Positions 36,300 through 49,500 of a stretch of 64,000 nucleotides of DNA are shown one piece after another (position 1 is the first letter of the stretch; each line of letters opens with the position of its first letter). Source of the stretch: Azolla caroliniana (taxonomy: Eukaryota; Plantae; Polypodiophyta); assembly GCA_043228905.1 (NCBI GenBank), contig JBHGNT010000002.1, forward strand, positions 3,100,001-3,164,000. The letters run 5' to 3'. The notes beneath the pieces were generated by a model. It was given only the letters and a program-made list of their open reading frames with translations. It was not told where the DNA came from and did not search any database. The translations under genes and the position numbers were made by a program.

Positions 36300-37740
36300 G
36301 TTGATGAATAGTAAAAAGGTTATGGTTAACACTTTGTAATTTATTCTCCCCATATTGTTTTAGTTCTAAGATATACCTACCTAGTCTCTTTACACTCGGG
36401 GTATCAAATAGTTTGGAGAGGTGTTGCCTCTTAGGAACACGGTCCGTGGTCAGTCCGTCGACCTAGACCCCAAGGAGAGTGGGAACAATGAATAGACCTT
36501 AAGCATACTACGTAAGAAGAGAACCGTTGTGGTTCCTCCGTGTGTAAGGGGAGATGGCTACAACCGACTCCTTATCACAGGTTGCGCTTACGTACTACTA
36601 CGCTTACGTATCCGAGACACAGACACTAAATTAGTCGTAGTTATACACAGAAACTCAGAGAAGATAGTATTCTATTATCAGGCGTTCTTTTACAATTCTC
36701 AAAATTTACATGCCCTCCTTAAGAGGTTTTCTGCCCTTTATATATGCAGGGTCTAATTAGCCGTTCACGCTTCCCCGCGCGAACCGTTACATACGTTACG
36801 CTTTATATAGTTTCTTATTCCTACGCTTTTGGCCGTCGGTTACTATTCCGGCGGACAACAAGAGGGTGGGAGAGGGTCCTAATATGTCTTGGTATTCCGC
36901 CTGTATCTCAGCATAAGTTGGGCACGTGCATGTGAAGTGATATGCATCCTCTATCTCTATATGACATAACCTACATAGCCTTTCCTCTCTAGGGACTCTA
37001 TTAGCCCGACCATTCTCAATCTCAAGTTGGTGAGATGATATCCTAAGTTGTCCAATGGCCACCCTTAGTGCATTTGATAAGAATGTATCTAGATATTTTG
37101 GTCGTGTAATAAAACCTAACTTAGAGAAGTGCAAGAAGTGATAATTATAGTACAACATTTTCGATGGGAGTGGCTCCCGTGGGGTGCTCCATTTATATCG
37201 AGTGTAAATTTGCCATATTTCTTGGCGTATCACTTTATTACGGGTCTTCATGAGAGATTAGAGTTTGAGCAATCCCATGGTTGTACTTAAGGGGAGGTAG
37301 GTTATTAATGTCTATGCCGTTTGCAAGTAACCAACTCACCACAATGTTACACCAAGAGCTAGTGTCTCCAGACGCATGTAGGGATCGGGATGCCTCAAAG
37401 GCTCGACGGGATATCCTATCATGTGGTTGACTATGTATCCGATGAATAAAAACTACCACTTGAAAGAGTGCTTCTACTAACATCGGGGGTAGATTGAACT
37501 TTGCTCTAATAATGTCATGTGGTACCGTGGATTTGCTTCGGAGTTGACGTGATAACATCGTCACCAAAGGTCTCTCTAATTGCGTCCACATGAAAGAAGG
37601 TAGACCTGGAGTCCATACTACTGATGCATAGATGAGGGAAGGGGTCACTAATGAGTCGAAGAGCCATCCCTTAGTCCGTGGCTCTTGAAAGTATGCCTGG
37701 TGGCATTGTCTCTCTAAGAGTGAGAGGAATGCATACTGAT
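36300..37740 (-). mobile_element. 5'-truncated non-L1 LINE fragment (RTEX/L2/CR1-group-like C-terminus)
   Basis: LFDSLVTPSLIYASVVW; QLRISSHQLEIENGR...ERLCRLC...EDAYHFTCTCPTY. The reading frame continues across the solo LTR. Confidence 0.75.
36422..36860 (-). mobile_element. Solo LTR of family B, TSD AGAGG
   Basis: Homologous to 3893-4334. AGAGG at 36417-36421 and 36861-36865. Confidence 0.95.
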
Positions 37741-37799
37741 AGAGAGATGATAGAAAGAAGAGAGAAGGAAGATATATATATCTAAAACCACAAAGATCT

Positions 37800-39273
37800 A
37801 TTGATAATGAATAATCATGATAGAAGGAAGAGAGACCACACAATTATATTAATAAATGTGTGTGAAAAAGACTACTTACAATACGTGTGACAATGGAGTA
37901 TGGTCACACACTAACCACACTACACTACATGGGTAGTGGAACATGTTGAATTGCCAATAGGCAAGACGAACACTCCACCGAGGAAAGAATTTCCACTTGT
38001 TCCAATAAAGAAAATTGCCACATTAGTACTCCCTTCAACTTTCATAGATATGCTTTTACTCCATGTCTACCATCAAATACAAAAGCGTTGCGCATGTTCC
38101 AATTATGACGCGATCCCTAATATCTCAAAAATAGGAAAACAATCTCCATCTCTGATTTTGGGTCAGCCTGTGTTAATTGTGCAAACACCCATTGTCTAGG
38201 TGTCAAATAACTTCGTGATAAAACTTGCCAAATTTGAGAAATGTAACTCCAAATTTGACAAGCAATTGGAAATTGTATAAATCGATGAGTACTATCTTCT
38301 ATCTAAACTATGCAAAAGAAGCAGGTACCTGTTGCTAGTCCACAATGCTTTAAAGCTAATCCCAAAGGCAATCCTCCGATCAAAACTCTCCAAATGAATA
38401 CCTTTGCAACAAGTGGCAATTTAGAACGCCAACTACGTTGTAAGATTTGCCACCACCCATGATCAGATTTGTGTATTTTCCATTCTTCTTCAGCCTTAGA
38501 TGATAACCATCCAAGAGAGTCAACGGAACAATGATACAAAAGATTAGTCGTCACTTGTAACAATGGTGTTTGACCCCTTAAACTCCAATCAATCCACGGT
38601 TGTTCTCTTGTTTGTAGAGGTAAGGGACCTTGCATCAATGCAATATTCTGTAGTTGTTGCCAAATAAACCCATAATTAGGCGGGATGCGTAATAATTGTC
38701 GTGCTTCAGTAAACTCCAAAATTCTTTGAGATGGAACCTCAACTATATCTCCCACCTCTTTGACCCCCAAACGAAACAAACGATTAACTTGAGAACGCAA
38801 TCTCTCCTTTCTTGGCCAACATAATAACCGAGAAGACACAAGTAACTCTTTTTGCAAAGAGTTACAATGCTCTCTACTAGATGATGGTTTCCATACACAT
38901 AACAAGCGTGCTTCTTGCCATGAGGTAACTAAGTGTTGAACACATGAAGAACCCGGAATCCTAAGTGAAATACATCCATTCAGTAATTGCCACCATGAAG
39001 CCTTAATCGTTGTCCTCCCATGTGTTAAAACCTTGTTCTCAATGAAATATCGAACAATGGATATCCATGGTTGTGAGTTTGAACACATGTCTTGTAATAA
39101 TGAAAATCTACGAGCCATCATATGCATATATAAGTTCAATATTCCAACCCCCCCCAATCGCTTAGGGGTTGCTAGATGATTCCAAGCAATCCATGTGATT
39201 CCCATCTTATCCCTCTTCTTCCACAACAAATATCGAAGAGGTTGCAAAACAAAATTCAATGCCTTCTTTGTCC

Positions 39274-39275
<2 letters not shown>
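37800..39275 (-). mobile_element. 5'-truncated L1 LINE (ORF2 C-terminus with zf-RVT), same family as the L1 ending at 55902
   Basis: WNHLATPKRLGGVGILNL; KVFIWRVLIGGLP...CFFC. Near-identical in inverse orientation to 55200-55902. Confidence 0.85.

Positions 39276-39319
<44 letters not shown>
39276..39319 (+). repeat. (GA)n microsatellite between two divergent L1 copies
   Basis: About 22 GA units. Confidence 0.95.
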
Positions 39320-39321
<2 letters not shown>

Positions 39322-42300
39322 TTGGAGAAGAACAAACACTAATTTTGATGTATCTTCTTGCTACGGTGTCCGTTTCCTTTGTTCTTTAGCTCGTTTTGAA
39401 GCCTGCGCATAGAGCTTTCTAAAGAGTATCTGCACGTATCATTTGGAGGTCTTGGTAGAATGTTACGAGTAAAAATTCCATTCGATTGCATGCATCTCAT
39501 GATCGCTTGCTTTGATTCCTTCTCCAACACAATTACTTGTAAGTGAGCTCTCTCCTATTTCTTGTCATATGGATGGTAGTGTTTTCATGAATATGGATGA
39601 GTCTCCAAATTCTTCAAAGGATGCATGCATGGTTGAGTCAGTATCAAGCCCAAGAGGGGATGGTAAAAGAAAACAATGTATTGGAGATAATAGTAATGAC
39701 ATGTCTTATGCTGATGCAATGCGATAAGATGATATTGAGAAAGATGATAGTCATTGGGAACATTTAAGATGCATGGAAAATATATTAATGGAAGATTGTA
39801 TAAGGAAGAATGTGAAAGTTGCTGAGGAGTTTGTTGACGATGAAGTGGCTAAGGTAGAAATAGACAATAAGGCGTTTTTGGGCTCATTTGCGAATTTTTG
39901 TGATAAAGGGGTCATATTATTTTTCACGGGAAAGATACCTTTCCTTTTGAGGGTCAAACAATGGGATTTTACAAGCTGATTGTGTTCAGGATGTTTATGC
40001 TGGTCCTCGTGGATTTTATGAGGTTGTTTTGGTATCACAAGAGTATAAAGAGAAATTACTCAATAAATTGCCAGTTTTTTATGAGAAAAGTTTGGTTCAT
40101 ATTGTTCCGTGGAGACCATTAGTGGAATACCAAGATATATTAAAGCAAGAGTGTCCCGTATGGGTTGAGGTAGAGTGCACATATTCAGTGGTTTGGCCAA
40201 TATTACGGTCAGTGATGGAAAAGTTGGGAAAGATCTTGGTGCCTCCTAGTGCTAATGCTCAAAATCGATATCAGATGTGTATTCTTTGGAATACTGCTAT
40301 AAAGAGGCCAAGTTGTTTACAGATTGCATGTTCTGGTATGTCGCCTATGTATTTTCGGCTTAAATGGGGTACATTTGTAGGACATTGTTTCCATTGTGGT
40401 GTGTTGGGGCATTTTATGGCCAAATGTCCTCAAAAAAGAAATAATGTAGTGGAAGTGGTACATGAAGAGCCTACAACTCATGATCAGATTCAAGATTTGA
40501 CAATTTCAGAGCAAACAAAGGAACCACAAATTGTGAATGAGAAGGATGGAAAGACTCTAGAGGATGAAGGACAATGGTCAATAGTTTCTAGAAAGATGAA
40601 GAAGTCTAATAAAAATGTTGAGCATAATGTATCTATGGAGAAGGTCCCACCGACACATCCCATGCGGAATAAACCATGGGCTCGTCAAGAGGACTATCCA
40701 AAGAAATTATCTTTTGATAATAAAGGTAATTTGTATGTTCCTTGGAATAAACGGAAATCGGTGCCTCGTTCACATGAGGAGCCATCGGGGTCTGGAGTTT
40801 TGCATTCCCATAGTAATTCATATGCAATCTTAGGGGATTTATTTCAGGATATGGCAGAAACATTAGCAGTGAAGGAGAAGGAGATTTCTCGAATAAAAGG
40901 AAAAAATAAAGTATGAAGATCACCACATGGAATGTGAGGGGATTGTGTTCTAGATTTAGAATGCATGAGGTTTGGAGGATTGTGTTAAGTGAGCAATGGG
41001 ATGTTTTATGTGCAATAGAGCATAAAGATCATCGTAATGCTAGTTTAATTAGCTATTCTAAGGGTTATACATTATGTTATGCTGGCAAGGTTCATGGGGA
41101 TTATTCTGGGATTGTCATGTTTATAAGAGATAAATTTCACCCAAAAGTAATTGTTTCAGATGAATTTTGAAGATTTATTGTGGTAGAGATATGTTATGAA
41201 GGGCAAGCTCTTTGGTTAGTTGGTGTGTATGCATCAAATGTTTCACAAGAACGAAAGTTGTTATGGAGATCTCTAAACTCAGTGCTTGATAATGGTAGAC
41301 CGGGTTTATTGATGGGAGATTTTAATGTTTGTTGTGAGACAAATCAATCAACATCTATCCACTCTATTATGGATGGACTAGAGGCTCAAGAATGGGGAGA
41401 TTTTGAGACTGAAGTCATGTTAAGGGATGTATGGAAATGGATCAAGGGAGATGAACCTGGTTCTACCTTTCAATCGGCTCAATATAAGGATACTTGGAGT
41501 AGGTTGGATTGAATGTATGTAATGCATACTGAAGGTTTTTTACCAGAGATTTTGGATATTTCAGTGTCTTATGGGTCAATTATATTAGATCATTTCCCAT
41601 TAATTTTTGAGTTCAATCACCACTCAATTAGAGGTTTTCATGAGTTTTTAGGAAAACCACCGTTGATTTTTAATTCATCATTTTTGGATCATGAGGTCTT
41701 CCATGCCTATATGTGTCAATTGATTGATGCATTTGCCTATTGTGTTCAATTTGATGGGTATGAAGCGTGGGAAGTATTTGTTGCAAATGTTTAGAGGTTA
41801 ACTAGATATTATGCAATTCACCATGCTTTTAAAAGGAGAAAGAAATTAAGTCTCCTAGTTAATTTGCTTGATAAATGCAACTCATTGTTAACTTATTGGC
41901 CAACAGATGTAGAGTTGATGGGATATCAAGAGGTATTAATTTCTGTGATGCATGACCTAACGGCAAAAAATTATCAACATGCTAGACTACATCGTCTAAG
42001 ACAAGAAGTGGATGATGCTAATTGTCAATCACATAAGTTTTTCCATGACCTTCATGAATCACATGCACGACATAATGTGGTAAGGCTAGAGGAAAATGGT
42101 ATCATGTGTTCCGATCCTCAAGAAATTGTGAAGAAATGCATAGAATATTATACACAATTGTTGGATATACAAGTGTGTATCGATGATAATGTTAAAAAGG
42201 ATAGAGATGTATGTTTTAATGGAGTGAAAAATCATGTACCGCATGATGTGGCACAATCATTAGATGCTAATATTTCAGAGGATGAGGTGGAACATGTCAT

Positions 42301-44880
42301 GTCACATCTTGCTAATGATAAGAGTCCTGGGTGGGATGGATTAACACATGAACTCTTTAAGAAATATGTGATTAAGTTAAAGGGGCCTTTTACGATTTTA
42401 TTTCAGAAGGTGTGGACATCAGAGGAAATGCCTCATTCTTGGAAGATTGGTTTTATCAAGCTTTTGCCGAAGGTGCCTTCTCCATCTTCCTTTGCTCAAT
42501 GGAGGCCTATTTCATTGATGGGGGGAATGTACAAGATTTTTGCAAAAGTGATGGCCAATAGGTTGCATAAGGTTTTACCTTCTATTATTCATAACGCTCA
42601 ATATGGGTTTTTAGCAAAAAGAGACATTTTACATAATATTTTAAATGTTCAAATGGCAATTGACTATGCAAAGGAGTCTAAACAAGAATTAGTGTTGCTA
42701 CAATTGGATATCGAGAAAGCCTATGATAATGTGGATTGGTCATTTATAAATCAATTGATGTCTCATATGGGTTTTGGTGATCGTATGTCTAAGTTGATAT
42801 ACACATTAGGGGAGGGTTCGGTTTCACATGTGATGTTTAATGGAGGAGTAACCCAACCGATTTCTATTCGGAGGTCAGTTAGACAAGGATGCCCGGTAAG
42901 TCCTTTACTATTCACTATTGTGACACATCCTATTCTTGTTAAGTTACACAATATGGCTATGGGGGAAGAATTGCTTGGACTAAGGTTGCCATCAGGGAAG
43001 CCATGTATTGTTCAAGCTCTTGCAGATGACCATATTATGTTTTTGGCACCTAATCGGGAAAATATTAGTAAGACAAGAGATGTGTGGGAATTGTTTTCAA
43101 ATGCTTCGGGGTTGAGAATTAATATACATAAATCTGTCCTCATTTCATGTATAGAACAAGATGTGTTAGGGTTGGGGTGGTCAGGAAGGATAGTACATCG
43201 TGGTATGATTTGTCGTCATCTTGGATATCCAATTGGGGTGGAAGTTTCTCATGTGAAACTTATTGAGTGGGTATCCAAAAGGTTGGAGGATAAGTTTATG
43301 TATTGGAGGTCTCAATTTTGGCCTTTTCATGTACGACTTAAGGTGGTCCAATCGATTATGGTCTCTATGGTATCTTATTATCTTCCTTTGCTCCCATGGT
43401 CAAAGAAAGCTCTTGAAATGTTGTCACGCTCCATGCGAATGTTGTTATGGAAAAGAAAAGGGAAAAGTGCCTTGTCATGGTTGGCATAGGATCATGTTTG
43501 TACTCCAAAGCGTCTTGGTGGGGCATCAATATTGAATCTATATGAGCATATGGTGGCTCGTCGATTTACTTTCATTCGATTCATGTTTGAAGGTGTACAA
43601 CCTTGGACAGAAATGGTGGCATACTTTATAGAGAAGAACAGAATAAAGCTTGGAAACATGAAGGTTGAAGCGAATTGGTGGAATGTAATTAATTTTGACA
43701 GGGATGTCAAATGTACGGGGTCTATGATAGTTAATCATTTGTTGACATCTTGGCAAAGTATGTTGGATTTTGTGGAATGGCATCCCCCACAAGGAAGGGG
43801 ATGTGCCAATTCATTACAAATGGAGGTTTTAGCAACATCAAGGTTGTTGAGGTGGGAAGGTAAACAAATTCTTAATCTTCAATTTAATCGGATGGCTAGA
43901 TTGGGTTTGGTAACAGTTAAGGATGCTATGTTCTTTTCACAAAGAAGATTAATGGCTTTTCGAACAATAAGATCAACATTTCGTATTCCAAAGGTTATAA
44001 CTTTATTTGGGATAAGTTGCAACAAATACTATCTTCGCATGAGCCAATTCCCGATTTAGATGGACGATCTCAAGAGCTTGATTGGAGGTTTGTTGGAAAT
44101 AAGAGATTGACTATGATCTCAACGAATGTTGCTTATCACAAGTTGATTGACAAACATAAGTGGTTGGAAGAAAGGGTTATAAAGATATGGGGTTTTCATA
44201 AGCCCATTACTTGGTGGTTTCATGTGATCAAGGCAAGTTGGTGTTCTCGATTGATGCTACAAGCCAAGGTATTTATTTGGAGAGTTATGGTTGGAGCTTT
44301 ACCATTAGTGGATGCATTAAAAAGAAGAAACATTACTAAAGGATTGTGTTTCTTTTGTTCGGTGGAATTGGAACATAGTAGGCATCGATTTATTTCATGC
44401 CCGATGGCAAGGATGGTTTGGAGGTGTATCAGTTTAGTGTGGATGTTTGTAACAGGAGTAAGTCTATCTTCCTTCAGTTGGGTTTTTGCACATATGGAGA
44501 ACAATGAACCGATGCCTCATTTTCAAATTATTTTTGAGTTCTTGAGGTATTGGGGGCTATGGTTCAATTGGAATATGCGGAATGTCTTCATTTTTTATTC
44601 GCAAGTTAGGGTGAGAAAATATGTTCTAAAGTTAAAAGGACTTCTTTTGTGGCAATTGACAGTGCTAGAGAAGTCAAAAAATCTCAACTAAGAAGAGAGA
44701 GAACTCTCCAAGGTCACATATCATCATATTCACCATTTGAATTGGTGTGTAGGGTGGCATTGAGTTTGGTGTCATAGTTTTCTTTAGATCCCTAGATAGA
44801 AGGGGTTCTATAGTTTGTTGTAAGTTAGTCATGGTGGTGTTTTTTCTTTCGTAATGAAAGCCATTATTTACGAAAGAAGA
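39320..44880 (+). mobile_element. Near full-length decayed L1-clade LINE: ORF1 ~39570-40916, ORF2 40913-44691
   Basis: ORF1 knuckle CFHCGVLGHFMAKC. APE: TWNVRG, MGDFN, SRLD, DHFP. RT: KSPGWDG, WRPISL, LDIEKAYD, RQGCPVSP, LADD. zf-RVT CFFC..HRFISC. Confidence 0.93.
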
Positions 44881-45596
44881 AGAAGAAGATACATAAATCC
44901 AAGTCTACAGAGATATATGGATAACAACACAACCACACTACATGAATAGGCAAGAAAAAAACCACAAGAAGTAGACTCCACACCACCACCTTACTCTTCT
45001 TGCTTTATATGAAGTTCTCCTAAACTAGATAACTTTCCCTTGCTTTCTTTTTTATGCTTTTTTTAGAAGTTTTCCATCTCCTATTCTTAGCTATGACACA
45101 ACAATCTTCAAATCATCATATCTCCCTCGTCCGAGCTGCCAACTTAGAGATTTAAAACGATATGGATAACTCTCTTCACAAGCTTTCTAACACATATTTG
45201 CACGTTATATTTGGCTTTTAAATGAATGCGTTATGAGCGTTCGTTGTAGACTGTGTTTTGGTGGCCCGCTTTTTTCTTCTTTTACTTTTCTCCACGTGTC
45301 TTGCTTTTAGTTTGACTTATCCTCAAAAACTTAGCTCGTGTTCTTACCCTCCGGATGTGAATGCTCCATACCTTATATTCTTATAGTGTCCAATACCTTG
45401 AATTCTAAAATCACTTTCACATTTAGCCCTCCCCCTTGCTTCTTGGTGAACCATTTATGGTGAACGCTAAGCTACTAATAAAACCAAAAATTCTCCTTCG
45501 CCTTATTCATGGCTATAGACAAAGAAGGAGAGAAAAAAAGAAACAAATTATGTGAGTAAAACCCCCGCTAGTCGATAGGAAAAAACTCACACTTCT

Positions 45597-45597
<1 letters not shown>

Positions 45598-45627
<30 letters not shown>
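45598..45627 (+). repeat. (AC)n microsatellite
   Basis: Seen directly. Confidence 0.9.
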
Positions 45628-45632
<5 letters not shown>

Positions 45633-45753
45633 AATTGCCATCACCATCTTTCTTCTTGTTAACACAAAGAAAGAGGTTACAACAATTACTATGTCTTTGT
45701 CAACTCTCCAAACACAAGTAGGTCCATGTGATACATAACTCTTGATAGAAGTG

Positions 45754-46083
45754 TGTTAGGATTTTGGTCCCTCCGGATGGGATATGAGTACCCGGCAAGG
45801 AAGACTTGGTGAGAACCGGATGATGAGTACCCGACAAGGAAGACCCGGTGAAAACCGGATGATGCAGGCCCGGTGAGAACCTCTCACTGGATGAAGGGAC
45901 ATATAGGTAAATATGTTTTTTTGGGGCTATATTTGTAAATAGTCCTAATGTCATATTTGTATAAATATGACCTAGGGCAAACACTTATGTGTGTTGGTGT
46001 ATCATTGTGTTGTTATTATTATTGTATAGAGTTATTGGTGTAACTGCTATACAGAGTGTAATAGAGAGAGAGAGAGAGAGAGA
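45754..46083 (+). mobile_element. Partial copia-type LTR ending in a (GA)n tract where an L1 begins
   Basis: TGTTAGGATTTTGGTCCCTCCGGATGGGAT resembles the 5' end of the copia LTR (51814, minus). ~33-bp internal repeats. TATAAATATGACCTAGGGCAAAC. Confidence 0.75.
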
Positions 46084-46506
46084 TGAAAGAGAGGAAAAAA
46101 CGCAAGAGTGGAGAAGGGAAGAAGAAGCGAATTTGTTTTTATTGCTGTGCTCTCTATTGGTAACGGAATTGAGCACAAATATAAGCATTGGAAAGCCCTT
46201 GAGTAGAGCTTCGCAACGAGATATACCAAGTTGAATTTGGCGGTTTGTATGAGAAGCAGCGATAGCAATAAGGAATCTTGTGTTGTTGGCATCCACATAC
46301 TCAAAACTCATTGTGGGTCTTCGATTGCTTTCAAAATCTTCAACCTCTTCAATCGGGTGAGTTCTGATTTTCTCTCTTGTTCATGGAAAATTGTTTTTAT
46401 CTTGGATCGATATAATGATGGACATAAACATGAATTCATCACAAATTATGGGGGGTATTGATATGAAAACAATCGATCCAAAAAAGAGTAATGTGATGGT
46501 TGAATG

Positions 46507-49500
46507 TGATGGAAATAATTGACACTTTCCAAACTTCACCTCTCGGCCACAACCAAGGAAACACACGAATCGTTGTTGCAGAAAATGGGTAATGCAAAAG
46601 TAAATAAGTGGACACACGATTTAACGTGGAAAACCTTGTACGGGAAAAAACCACGGGAGTACAAGACTCCGAACCAAAACTATGCACAGAGAAATATACA
46701 ATGGCGAGCTGCAAGGCGACGACCTTGAGCTCGCTGTCCTCGCCACAAGCGGCGGAATTACACAGAGGCGTCGACCTCTTTGTCTCTCACGCTCTATCTC
46801 TCTCACGGCTGCTCTCTCTTCACTCCTCTTGAGTGGAAAAACAGAAAAATGAGTAGCAACATTAAAACTGTTTGCCCTAAGTCATATTTATACACATATG
46901 ACTTTAGGGCTATTTACAACTATAGCCTCAAGGGCCCTTGGCAAACATATTCACAGATATGTCCCCGCATCCGGATCTCTCTCCGGGTACATTCGTCGTC
47001 CGGCTCCGAAGTCGGGGTCTTCATCATCCGGTTCCGAAACCGCAACCGGGCTTGTCATCATTCATCTCCGGACATCCGACCATCCCATCCGGAGGGACCG
47101 TAATCCCAACAAACTCCCCCTTCACTTCGGCATGGGATGTCTCTCCAATCCGATCCTCTTCCGGCATGCTTCCAGCTTGTCGGGTGTGAGCACCTTGGTC
47201 ACCATATCCGACCCGTTCTCGTCCGTGTGGATCTTCGTCAGCACGAACTCCTTGTCTTCTATCCTTTCCCGGATCCAGTGATATCTTCGCTGGATGTGCT
47301 TCGTCCGGGAGTGATAGGCCGCGTTCTTCGCAAGGTGGATTGCACTCTGACTGTCGCAGTAGAGTCGGTACTCCTCCTGCCGGATACCGAGCTCTCTAAT
47401 GAAGTCCTTCATCCATATTATTTCCTTGCCGGCTTCAACAACCGCCATGTACTCCGCCTCCGTGGTTGACAACGCAACCGTCTTCTGCAGCCTCGACTGC
47501 CATGAAATAGCTCCCCCTGCATACATCATCACATACCCTGATGTGGACCGGCTGGTATCTGCATCAGCCGACATATCCAAATCGGTGAAGCCGTCGAGTT
47601 CGGGCTTACCGGAGCCGAATCGGAGGCACACGTTTGCCGTGCCCTTCAGGTATCGGAGTATCCACTTGGCCGCGTTCCAATGCTCTTTGCCGGGATTGCT
47701 CATGTACCGGCTCACCACTCCGACTGCATATCCTATGTCCGGTCGGGTACACACCATTGCGTACATCAAGCTCCCGACGGCAGAGGCATATGGTACTTTC
47801 ATCATGTCCTCCTTCTCAGCCTTTGTCTTGGGGCTTTGCTTGCTGGACAACTTGCAGTTTGCCGGGAGGGGTGACCCGACCGGTCTTGCTTCCGACATGT
47901 TGAACCGGTGAAGCACCTTTGTCACGTACTTCTCCTGTGACAGCCACAACTGCTTCTTCTTCCAGTCCCGGATGATGTGCATCCCTAGTATTTGCCTCGC
48001 CGGACCCAGGTCCTTCATTGAGAAGGTTCGGTGAAAAGCTTTCTTCAGCATCCGTATCTTGACCTGGTCCCGTCCGACGATCAACATGTCGTCCACGTAC
48101 AGGAGGAGTATTAGAAAGTCTCCTCCTTCGAACTTCTTCACAAACACGCAGTGATCGGACTGCGTTTTGTGGTACCCTTCGTCGGTCATGAAAGAGTCGA
48201 ACTTCCGGTACCATTGCCGGGGAGCCTACTTCAGTCCGTAAAGGCTCTTCTTCAACCGGCATACCAGGTGCTCCTTCCCTTTCTTCTCGAATCCTTCCGG
48301 TTGCTGCATGTAGATCTCTTCTTCGAGGTCACCGTGAAGGAATGCCGTCTTCACGTCCATCTGTTCTACCTCGAGGTCCACGCTTGCCGCTATGCTCAGC
48401 ACCGTCCGGATGGAGGTCATCTTCACTACCGGGGCAAATATCTCGTCGAAGTCGACGCCCTTCTTCTGCTGGAACCCCTTCACTACGATCCTGGCTTTGT
48501 ATCTCGGGGGGTTTCCGACATCTCCCGGTTTCAGCTTGAACACCCACTTGTTTCGAAGTGCCCGCTTTCCTTTCGGCAACTCCACAAGTTCATATGTGTG
48601 GTTCTCATGCAGGGAATCCATCTCCTCCTGCATGGCACTTAACCACCTGCGGCTATGGGTGTCATGCTTCTCTTCTTCAAAGCTCTCCGGCTCCCCCTCG
48701 TCGGTTAGCAGCACGTGCTCTGGTTCCGGAAATCTCCGGGGAGCCCTTCTCTCTCTTAGAGGATATCTCCGTTCCGGAGCTTCGGTAACCGGTTCTTCCG
48801 ATTCTTCTTCATCCGAATCCATTTCGGGATCGGGGCCGGTTCCGGTATCATTTTCATCTTCTTCGGCCGGTTCTGTTTCTTCACCGTCTTCGGCCGGATC
48901 TTCGAGTGTTAACCGGTCCCTTGCCGGTCGGGACTGCTCCTCGTAGAGTTTATCCTCACCGGTCGACTTGGAGCTCTTCATCTTCTTCTCTAACTCCCAG
49001 TCGGCGAGTGTCTTGTTCTCCATGAAGATGATATCACGACTCTGGAATATCTTCTTGTCGACCGGGTCCCATACTCGGTAGCCGAACTCGTCATCGCCGT
49101 AACCGAGGAATATGCATGGCCGGGTCTTTGGATCTAGCTTTCCTCTCCGGTCCTTTGCCACATGCACGTATGCGAGACACCCGAACACCTTCAGATGCTG
49201 GTAGGATACTTCCCTACCGGTCCACACTGTCTGCGGCGTGTCTCCGTCCAAAGGTACTGAGGGTGATCTGTTTATCACGTATGTCGCCGTTGACATCGCC
49301 TCAGCCCAAAACCCCTTGGGTAATTCCGCATGCGCCAGCATACTCCGGACCCTCTCCATTATGGTCCGGTTCATCCTCTCGGCCAGCCTGTTCAGTTCCG
49401 GCATCTTCGGCACAGTAAACTCGAGCCGGATTCCCTTCGAGCGACAGTACTCCGCGAACTGCCCCCGGTATTCCCCTCCGTTATCTGCTCGTATCGCTTT

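Noticed and set aside
37800-44880. Twin-priming 5' inversion of a single L1
   Set aside because: The inverted fragment matches the other L1 family (55200-55902), not the adjacent element.
44890-45750. Host gene or promoter in the AT-rich gap
   Set aside because: No credible ORF or recognisable motif. It remains unassigned, possibly old TE sequence.
48226-48228. Programmed stop-codon readthrough in the copia pol
   Set aside because: The stop falls in the conserved RT motif GLKQAPR and is a simple C>T mutation.
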